Assembly: GCA_963514005.1 (NCBI GenBank)
Contig: OY740785.1
Location: forward strand, 62,744,001 to 62,808,000
Reading direction: 5' to 3'
DNA: 64,000 nucleotides
Source: Raja brachyura
Lineage: Eukaryota
In this document: in pieces, positions 54,450 to 64,000 of the stretch
Layout: the number at the start of each line of letters is the position of its first letter
Position numbering within the stretch: position 1 is the first letter of the stretch
The notes under the pieces: generated by a model
The model's input: the letters and a program-made list of their open reading frames with translations, nothing else
The model's database searches: none
Told to the model about the DNA's origin: nothing
Position numbers and translations under genes: made by a program

Positions 54450-55880
54450 CTGCTGTTTCAAAGGGTGATAAGGGACTGCTGTTCTTTGTTTTACTGAAAC
54501 ATGGCTCATCCATGATTCTCGACCTGTTATACAACTTGAGGGTTTCTCCATTCATTTAGCGGATTGTACAGAATCCTTAAGCACAGTGGCGTTTGCTTTT
54601 TGGTTTATGCTTCATTGTGCACATGTGACTGTCTTAGCTCAATTCTGCTCTTCTGACCTGGTACACTGATCATAAAATGTTGTCCCTTTTAGCTCCAGAG
54701 AGAGTTCACCTCTACTATTTTGTTGACGGGCTACACATCACCCCAAAACAACACCAAGGTGACACTTGAAGAATTATACTCAGTCAACAACTCTCCAGAG
54801 AGCAAAGCTTAATGTCCTATTCATCATTTCCAGAGATTTAATTCGTTAACTTCAGAAACTACTCACCAAATGTCATCAACATCTCTCCTGTCCCATGGTA
54901 GTGCGTTAACACTCTAGGCCATTGCTACACCACCATGTTTGCCTATCGCTCCACACACCTTGCACTCATTTTGGCCAGTCTGATCATCCGTCAATGCTGT
55001 TCTTTGCTTAGAGAGTGAAGTGCAAGGCACCAACAAAGAGAGTAATACAGCAATGGCCTGAGGAGACTGTAAAAATCTACTTCAGAACTGCCTTAAGTGA
55101 GTGGACTGGAGCATGTCCAAGACCATTTCAGCCTGAATGAGCATATCTCAGTCCCTATCAGTTTCATCAGAAATGCGTTGGAGATTGTGTTCCAAAGATA
55201 ATTAGGGTCTATCCTAACTAGAAACCTTGAATGAACAGGGAGATACTCAGCATTTCAAATTCCTAGGTATCCATATCACCAGCAATCTACCCTGATGCCT
55301 TCCTATTGATGCAGTGATCAAGAAAGCACATCACCGTATTTACTTCCTTAGGTGCCTGAGAAGATTCGGCATGTCCACATGGATTCCCTCACACTTCTAC
55401 AGACTTGCTGCAGAAAGTATTCTGACAGGATGCATCTCAGATCGGTATGGCAACTGCAGAGAGTAGTCCAGTCCAGTCCATCACAGACTGGTCACCTCTT
55501 TCCATCCAGTCCATCTTCATGGTGCACATCAGGAAGGCTAGAAGTATATAGGAGCTTGAAAATCTGGAGGTCCAGACTTGAGAACAGATTTTTCCTCACT
55601 GTTATCATACTCCTGAGCCAATCACCTCTTTCTCACCCCTGGAATTGCCGCCACATGTTCTCACCCGTAACTCTATGTCATTCAAATATTCTGTTATTGC
55701 ACTAGAACTTTTCCAATACTTCAGAATAAACTACAATCTTTGCACCGTTCTGTTCTTTTGCATTTGTCATTGTATTTATTATTATATCTTTCACTGTCAT
55801 GTATAATGTTTACTCTCTGAGTTTCACGTGAACAAGGCAATTAATTGCATCCAGGTATATATGAGAATAAAACTAATCTG
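54450..55880 (+). mobile_element. Highly degraded Rex1/Babar-type LINE (endonuclease and C-terminal remnants)
   Basis: VLCFTETWL-like start; FKFLGIHITSNL; KKAHHRIYFLRCLRRFG. Confidence 0.7.
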
Positions 55881-56978
55881 TATCTGCTGTTAATGGTTGC
55901 AGATGTGAGGAGTAATGATGGAGCCATACTGCAGTTTGTAGATTCTACTCATTGTAGCCACAATGTGCCAGTGGTGATGGACTGGATGCTATTTCTCAAG
56001 CCTACATTATTTATCAGCCATGTAAATACTACAACTGTCAAAAGCAGATCAGTGATTGGGGACTCTCTGGTGAGAGACTCACCTCCCAACTTCCCAAAGC
56101 CTTTTCATCATCTCCAAAGTACAAATCAAAGTGTAAAAGCACAAGCCAACAGTGTGAAGACATTGCTCAGGAACATGACCGAATGTTCTCTGATGGTCTG
56201 GAGGAGTGCAGCTCCAACAATGCTCATCCATTTCAGTGACATCAGCATACTAAAGCTCACACTATCACACCACGGTTGTAATATACGCAATATGCAAAAA
56301 GAACCACAGCAACTCCCAACCTGTTTAAACCTGTTCCCAAACCAGTGATGCCATCATTTAGAAGGGCAAAGAGAGATCATGCGGGAACGCAGCCATCTCT
56401 AAGTTCTCCTCCACAAGCCCACCTCAGAAATACATCATGATCCTTCGCCGTTGCTAGTTGTAAATACTGATACTCACTACCCACCAATGCAGTAAAAATA
56501 CACTCATTGCGTGGTGGCAAGCTCACCCACACAAAATCACAAGGGCAATTGGAGAGGTTATAAATGTTGACCTTGCCGCGTACACCTAAAATAAACTTAA
56601 TATAATTTGAATGCACTGAATCTAGACCCCAGCTACTTCTTGCTTGAAAATGATTAGTCACCTCCTAATCTTTCATTGAAAGGAATCGGGTCACCCATTC
56701 CTTGATAAGCACCTTTAAAAATTATCCAAACCACTAAAAAGTTACTGATTAAATACAATTTTAGGTCTGTCTTAGGCCTCCTTCAGTCGTGACTGACCAT
56801 GGGTGTCTCCAGGGTGCTATTCCCTATATTGAGGACGCCTGTGTGTAACTTTATTTAACGTGAGGAGACTGGTGCACAGACAGCCACTCCACGTCCTTGA
56901 CAGATCTGGGTAGGATCCAGTGGCATGTGTCAGTGTACTGTTAACTCAGAAATTTATTGAGAAGTATCAAATTGAAAG

Positions 56979-59545
56979 ATAATAGGTGCAGGAGTTGGCC
57001 ATTCGGCCCTTCGAGCCAACACCGCCATTCACTGTGATCAAGGCTGATCATCCAAAATCCGTACCACGTTCCTGCCTTCTCCCCATATCTCTTGACCCTG
57101 CTATCTTTAAAAGCTCTATCAAACACGCTCTTGAAAGCATCCAGAGAATCGGCATCCACTGCCTTCCGAGGCAGAGATTTCCACAGATTCACAACTTTCT
57201 GGGTGAAAATGTTTTTCCTCATCTCCGTTCAAAATGGCCTACCCTTTATTTTTAAACTGTGGCCCCTGGTTCTGGACTTCCTCAACATCGGGAACATGTT
57301 TCCTGCCTCTAGTGTGTCGAATCCCTTAATGATCTTATATGTGTCAATAAGATCCCCTCTCATCCTTCTAAATTCCTGTGTGTACAAGCCCAGTCACTCC
57401 ATTCTTTCAACATATGACTGTCCCGCCATCCCGGGAATTAACCTCGTGAACTACTCTGCCCTCTTTCAATAGCAAGAATGTCCTTCCTCAAATTTGGAGA
57501 CCAAAACTGCACACAACACTCCAGGTGTAGTCTCACCAGGGCCCTATACAACTGCAGAAGGACCTCTTTGCTCCTATACTCAACTCCTCTCGTTATGATG
57601 GCCAACATGCCATTAGTTTTCTTCACTGCCTGCTGTACCTGCATGCTTACTTTCAGTGACTGATCTACAAGGACATCCAGATCTTGTTGTGTTTCCCCTT
57701 TTCCTAACTTGGCACCATTCAGGTAATAATCTGCCTTCCTGTTCTTGCCACCAAAGTGGATAACCTCACATTTATCCACATTAAACTACATCTGCCCGCG
57801 CACCTAACCTGTCCAAGTCACCCTGCATCTTCATATGATCCACCTCACTGTTCACATTGCCACCCAGCTTTGTGTCATCTGCAAATTTGCTAATGTTACT
57901 TTTAGTCCCTTCATCTAAATCATTAATGTATATTGTAAATATATGAATTACCTTCAGTTCCTCCGTCACCCTAGGTCCTCTGTCCACTAGTACATCTGGG
58001 AGATTGTTTGTGTCTTCCTTAGTGAAGACAGATCCAAAGTACCTGTTCAACTCACCTGCCATTTCCTTGGTCCACATAATAAATTCACCAGTTTCTGTTT
58101 TCAAGGGACACACATTTGTCTTAACTATTTTTTTCCTCCTCACATACCTGAAGAAGCTTTTACTATCATCCTTTATATTCTTGGCTAGCTTACCTTCGTA
58201 CTGACTTTTTAGTTATATTCTGTTGCTCTTTAAAAATTACCCAATCCTCTGGCCTCCCACTCATCTTTGCGATGTTATACGTCTTCTCTTTGATTTTTAT
58301 ACTGTCGTTGACTTCCCTCGTCAGCCACGGTCGCCTCTTACTCCCCTTAGAATCTTTCTTACTCTTTGGAATGAACTGATCCTGCACCTGCTTTATTGTT
58401 CCCAGAAATACCTGCCATTGTTGTTCCACTGTCATCCTTGCTAGGGTATATTTCCAGTCAACTTTGGCCAGCTCCTCCCTCATGCCTCCATAGTCCCCTT
58501 TGCTCAACTGGAATTATGACACTTCCGGTTTTACCTTCTCCCTATCAAATTGTAGAATAAAGCTCATCATATTATGGTCACTACCTCCTAATGGCTCCTT
58601 TACCTTGAATTCCCTTATAAAACTCCAGTTCATTACACAACACTAAATCCAGAATTGCCTTCTCGCTGGTATGCTCCAGTATAAGCTGCTCTAAGAATCC
58701 ATCTCGGAGGCACTCCACAAACTCCCTTTCTCCAGTAGTAACCTGATTTTCCAGTAACCAGTCTACCTGCATGTTTACATCTCCCATAACCACCATAGCA
58801 TTACCTTTGCTACATGCCAATTTTAACTCTTGATTTAACTTGCACCCTATATCCAGGCTACTGTTTGCGGGCCTGTAGATAACTCCCATTAGGGTCTTTT
58901 GACCCTTACAATTCCTCAGTTCTATCCATAATGATTCTACATCTTCCGATTCTATGTCACCCCTCGCAAGGGACTGAATTTCATTCCTTACCAAAAGAGC
59001 TACCCCACCCCCTCTGCCCACCTGTCTGTCTTTTCGATAGTTCAGTTCCCAGCCATGGTCCTCTTGCAGCCATGTCTGTAATTCCCACATCATACTTGCC
59101 AATTTCTAACTGAACCTCAGGCTCATCCACTTTATTTTTTATACTTCACACTTTCATATGCAACACTTTAACCGGTATTCACCTCCCCTCTCACAACGAT
59201 GGTCACTATTGCTCCTGACCTTACTCTCTTATCCCTTCTCGAAATTTATTTCCTTATAATTCGGGAGTCTTTTGTAACTTTTCCTGTACTCACTTCCCCT
59301 TTAACTCCATCTTTATACTCACACTTTGTCAACCCTTCCCCTCCGCTCTATTTACTCTAAACCCACACATGTAGCACTAGCAAACCTGCCTGCCAGAACG
59401 TTGGTCCCTCTCCAGTTAAGGTGTAACCTGTCCCTTTTGTACAGGTCACCCCTACCCCAGAAGAGATCCAAGTGGTCTATAAATCTAAATCCCTGCACCA
59501 GCCCCACAGCAACACGTTCAGATCCCCTATCTCCCTGTTCCTGCC
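56979..59545 (-). mobile_element. Internally deleted CR1 LINE with ORF1 esterase remnant, APE endonuclease and RT
   Basis: DLYKRDRLHLNWRGTNVLAGR (~59380-59450); RKDRQVGRGGGVALLV; VIYRP; KFADDTKLGG; typical 3' end. Confidence 0.9.
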
Positions 59546-60006
59546 CTCACCACCAACCCCAAAGGACGAATACAAATTGGGAATGACAGAGACAATGGCC
59601 CAAGAACACCAGCCAAGTACAGTAGCCTGGCCCAATATTGACTGAAGCCCCAGCTCATCAAACAATCCCTGCGCCAGCCCCAATTCATGGAGGATTGAGA
59701 ATAAATTTAATTACGCAAAGGATTGTGAGTCTTTCAAATTCAGTATCCTCAATTATTGAGTAAATTCAAGACTGGGATGCACAGCATCTTAGAGAAAGGG
59801 AATCGATGAACGTGAGGTTAGTCCAGTGAAGTGGTGCTGAGGTAGATCAGCCATGGCCTTCGACAACAGCAGAACAAGGTCGAGGGAACATTATTGTTAA
59901 TGTTGTTTTGAGACGCAGGGGCTGCAAGCTCGCCCAGCCTTAACCCTGAACACGAATCCCCAGGCCGGGATAGGCCAGGCCCGAGGAGCGTAGGCCCGCC
60001 GCTCAC

Positions 60007-60051
60007 CTCCGTGTTCCTCCAGACGCCTCCTTTGATCATTATCCGCGGCAT
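60007..60051 (-). CDS. CDC5L: CDC5L coding exon 1 (MPRIMIKGGVWRNTE)
   Basis: Matches the CDC5L N-terminus; ATG at 60051-60049; donor GTGAG after 60007; lies in a CpG-rich region. Confidence 0.97.
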
Positions 60052-60227
60052 CTTTGCGCTGGTCGAGGAGCCAGAGGAGATCCTCCGGCGTCTTGGTGAG
60101 AAGAGGGAGAGATGTTTAGCTGGCTGCCGGTGTGGACAGCAGGTTGCGGCTCGGCAACGGCAGGGTCCCCACACACACACACACAGAGCACCACCCGCTG
60201 TCCCGGCGGCAACAACACGCCCGCCCA

Positions 60228-60659
60228 CTGCTGCCGTGAGCGGCCCGGCGCCCTCTCTGCAGGCTGACCGTCACTGCAGGCAGTCTGACAGATCCGGCGC
60301 TGCTGCCGTGAGCGGCCCGGCGCCCTCTCTGCAGGCTGACCGTCACTGCAGGCACTCTGACAGATCCGGCGCTGCTGCCGTGAGCGACTCAGCGCCCTCT
60401 CTACAGGCTGACCGTCACTGCAGGCACTCTGACAGATCCGGCGCTGCTGCCGTGAGCGGCTCAGCGCCCTCTCTACAGGCTGACCGTCACTGCAGGCACT
60501 CTGACAGATCCGGCGCTGCTGCCGTGAGCGGCCCGGCGCCCTCTCTACAGGCTGACCGTCACTGCAGGCACTCTGACAGATCCGGCGCTGCTGCCGTGAG
60601 CGGCTCAGCGCCCTCTCTGCAGGCTGACCGTCACTGCAGGCACTCTGACAGATCCGGCG
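60228..60659. repeat. Minisatellite, 6 x 72 bp, near-identical
   Basis: Unit ctgctgccgtgagcggc(c/t)c(g/a)gcgccctctct(g/a)caggctgaccgtcactgcaggcactctgacagatccggcg, starting at 60228, 60300, 60372, 60444, 60516 and 60588. Confidence 0.97.
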
Positions 60660-60882
60660 GCCCAACTTGCCCACGCCGGCCTACATGGCATGGTTGCCAG
60701 CACTCCAGGGTTACCTTGCGATCTGCACGCAACAGATTGACCTCCTCGGTATATCCCTGGAATAAAAACCTATCATGGTATCAAAGTAAGAAAAGATTAG
60801 GGAAAAGGTTTAATAGGTATCTGAGGGGTAGGTTTTTCACGCAGTGTGGCAGGTGTATGGAACCAGCTGCCAGAGGAGGTAG

Positions 60883-60969
60883 ACAAAAATGCTGGAAAAA
60901 CTCAGGAGATGAGGCGGCATCTGTGCAGCGAAGGAAATAGGCAACGTTTCGGGTCGAAACCCTTCTTCA
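60883..60969 (-). mobile_element. 87-bp Penelope-derived hammerhead-motif insertion within a CR1 relic
   Basis: 15-bp direct repeat tgccagaggaggtag at 60868-60882 and 60970-60984. Confidence 0.85.
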
Positions 60970-61449
60970 TGCCAGAGGAGGTAGTTGAGGCAGGTACTAT
61001 CGCAACATTTAAGAAACATTTAGACAGTTACATGGACAGGACTGGTTTAAATAGATATGGGCCAAACGCAGGCGTGTAGGACGAGTGTAGATGGGACATG
61101 TTGGCCGGTGTGGGCAAGTTGGGCTGAAGTGTCTGTTTCTACTGTATGACGATAAGAGAAAAAGCTTGGAAAATTATAAAGCGTTCCTCGATCTCAGGAG
61201 TTTTGAAAACATTTTGACAAGTTATTTTTAGTCATAGACTCATAAAGTATGGAAACGGGCCCAGTGGCGCAACTTGCCCATGGTCACCAAAATGTCTAAG
61301 CGAGTCCCTTCATAGAACAATACAACACAGAGAAAGCCCTTCACCCAACAATCCCTGAACATCTATGATGTCAAATTAAACTCATCCCATCTGCCTACAC
61401 GTTGATGGTCTATATCTCTCCATTTCCCTATCTGTATATGTGCCTGTCA

Positions 61450-61670
61450 TGCTTTCAGCGATGGACATCAAGTGCTGCTGGAAGATGATCAACTCGGTAA
61501 AGACGCTCTTTCATCTGCTTGAAATTTGGTGGCCTACCAGCACAGAGATATCCATCAGGGAATGTCGCCTACTGGCCCATTCCAAAATGCAGGAATACAT
61601 GTTGAGAGACTCATTGAAGCTTGGTGCAGCCAATGTCAAGGCTCTGTGGAGGCGGATGACAGTCTCGGCT
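61450..61670 (+). mobile_element. Tx1/L1-clade LINE ORF2 C-terminal fragment
   Basis: CCWKMINSVK...ECRLLAHSKMQEYMLRDSLKLGAANVKALW. Confidence 0.6.
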
Positions 61671-63051
61671 CCTCCTGCTGCTGAACAATGAGGGGCAGAG
61701 TCCAGTAGAGAAACCAAGGGAAGGGATGCTCCTTAAATGTTGCTCTTGCATCTACCTCCATCACCTCACCCAGCAGTGCATTCCAGGGACCTACCATTCT
61801 CTGTGTGAAAGTTTTTGATCTTATAAATCTCCTTTAAACTTACTCAGTTGCACCTGAAAACTATGCCCATTGCTACTTGACATTTCTATCATGGGAAAAA
61901 GGCTCTGATTATCTTTACCTCTCATATACTTTTATCAGGTCACCCTCAGCCTGGATGCTCCAAATGTAGCCTAAGCAATATTTTATACAACTGCAACAAG
62001 CCATCATTCTTTTATACTCAATGCCCACCTAATGAAGACAAACATGTCAAATGATTTAATTACCACTGTGTTACCATTTTCAAGAAGCTATGGATTTGCC
62101 TGCATTTGGCCCATATCCCTCTCTATCTTTCCTATCATGTACCCTGTCTAAATATGTTTTTAAACGTTGTAATTGCCTCATCCCTTGTTAAGGGATGATC
62201 AGCCATGATCACATTGAATGGTGGTGCTGGCTCGAAGGGCCAAATGGCTTATTCCTGCACCTATTGTCTATTGTCTAACACTTCCTCTAGCAACTTGTTT
62301 CATATATCCACCAATCTCGTGTGAATGTTTTTTAATTTCATATTCCAGAACTTGGAGTTTCATTTGTTTTCCAAATATTTGCATGTTTAAATATGACCAT
62401 GCCTGTTTTGTCCAAGATTATGAATATAGACAAGACATTTAACCACGGGTGCTGGAATCTCTTATTCCCAAGTAATAATTGCCAGAGCCATAGCAATCTT
62501 TTCTTTGTTTCTCTAATTATTCTGACAAATTCTGTTTAAACCTGGGGGTTTACTTTAATTCTATTAAAGGTGCTGAAATGGAACAGTCTTGATGAATGGT
62601 AGAAAATAGACACAGAATGCTGGAGTAACAGCGGGACAGGTAGCATCTCTGGATAGAAGGAATAGGTGACGTTTCGGGTTGAGACCCTTCTCCAGAAAGA
62701 GTTGGATTAGTACAGGTGTCAGGGGTTAATGGGAGAAAGCAGGAGAATGGGGTTAGGAGGGAGAGATGGATCAGCAATGGCGGAGTAGACTTGATGGGCC
62801 AAATGGCCTAATTGTGTTCCTATCATGTATGACTGAAAACTGTAACGTCCAGGGACTAAATAACTGTAACTACTTATACTATTATTTTTATTATTGCACT
62901 ATTATTGTTTATTTTTTATGTGTACCTATGCGTGTTTATATATACACACACTGAACTTTTTTTTTCCTCATTTATTATATTGTTTACAGTGTGCTAGTTT
63001 ACATATTCTATTGTGCTGGTACATCTATCTATCTATCTATCAATCTATACA

Positions 63052-64000
63052 TCTATAAATAACTAAAACTCTGATCTTGTGCTCTTCCGGTTTGCGTGGT
63101 TTTTCTATTTACACAAAAACGGTACATGATAGTGCTACAATTTCTCGCCACGTTACTCAACATTCTCCTGTGCTGTAAGTGCAACATGTTTTGTTCCGAT
63201 CGATTGTATATTTTAAAAGTTATTAAGGTTTGAAAATCTTTAAAACCGCGCAAGCACGGATTGGTCTCTTCTCCTGTAAGTCAGCACCACGCAGATTGGT
63301 TTCCTCTTCTGTCAGTCAACGCCATGGCAAAAACGGTACATGATAGCACTATGATTTTGTTCCGATCGATGCTGTATTTTAAAAGTTATTAAGGTTTAAA
63401 AATCTTTAAAACCGCGCATGCGCGGATTGGTCTCTTCTCCTGTCAGTTAGCACCACGCAGATTGGTTTCCTCTCCTGTCAGTCAACACTACGGCAAAAAC
63501 GGTACATGATAGCGCTACGATTGTTCGCCACGTTACTCACCATTCTCCTGTGCTGCAAGTGCAACACGTTTTGTTCCGATCAATTGTATATTTTAAAAGT
63601 TATTAAGGTTTAAAAATTTTTAAAACCGCGCATGTGAAAACCGAGAAGTGACATGGTCTCTTCTCCTGTCAGTCAGCACCACGCAGGTTGGTTTCCTCTT
63701 CTGTCAGTCAATGCCACGGCCAGGACGGCGATGCCCCATCCTGCACCGCGGCCCCTTCCGCCTCACTCACAAACTTCTCTCTCCCCTCCTCACAGTACCT
63801 TGTCTACCGTCTCCCCCGCCACCTGCCGCGGTGGGGGGGGTGGTGTTCTGTGCAGGCCCTATTCCCGTCTGCCTCACTCACCCCTCTCCCTGCCCAGACT
63901 CTGCGGCAATGGCGGTCCCGTCTACGCGTCCCCCCAGGTGAATGGCTGCGACCGTCCGCCTCCGCTGCGGTAACTCAACCTCACAGCCCTCTTGGAGGAG
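63052..64000 (+). mobile_element. Helitron-like non-autonomous element, 5' part, with ~215-bp internal tandem repeats
   Basis: A|TCTATAAATAACTAAAA start; three units starting aaaacggtacatgatag at ~63116, ~63330 and ~63496; runs off the window. Confidence 0.55.

Larger units (their letters stand above)
59900..60740 (-). promoter_or_regulatory. CpG island / CDC5L promoter and 5' UTR
   Basis: High GC and CpG density around the start codon in otherwise CpG-poor DNA. Confidence 0.8.

Noticed and set aside
60228-60659. CRISPR-like array
   Set aside because: Units are contiguous with no unique spacers, there are no cas genes, and the context is eukaryotic.
60011-60940. 309-aa and 211-aa repetitive ORFs over the promoter
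   Set aside because: They stay open only because the 72-bp GC-rich unit is a multiple of 3 and lacks stops; no recognisable protein.

Overview
Vertebrate genomic DNA. The repeat content (V-SINE/HE1-type SINEs, CR1, Rex1/Babar, Penelope-like elements) points to a cartilaginous fish such as a skate or ray; this is an inference. The window holds one complete host gene, CDC5L, on the minus strand: 16 coding exons from ATG at 60051 to TGA at 14463, 2412 nt, 803 aa, all introns GT-AG. Its CpG-rich promoter carries a 6 x 72-bp tandem array. The last intron contains a full-length DIRS1-type tyrosine-recombinase retrotransposon (15203-20316, antisense to the host) with intact ITR/ICR termini. That element shows two splice donors and three acceptors placed so that one promoter could yield separate gag, RT-RNaseH-methylase and recombinase mRNAs. 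About a dozen Penelope-derived repeats carry minimal hammerhead-ribozyme cores, one as an 87-bp insertion with a 15-bp target duplication. The rest is LINE, SINE, MITE, Tc1 and Helitron debris, often nested. Boundaries of degraded repeats are approximate, and all family assignments come from recognised motifs, not database searches.
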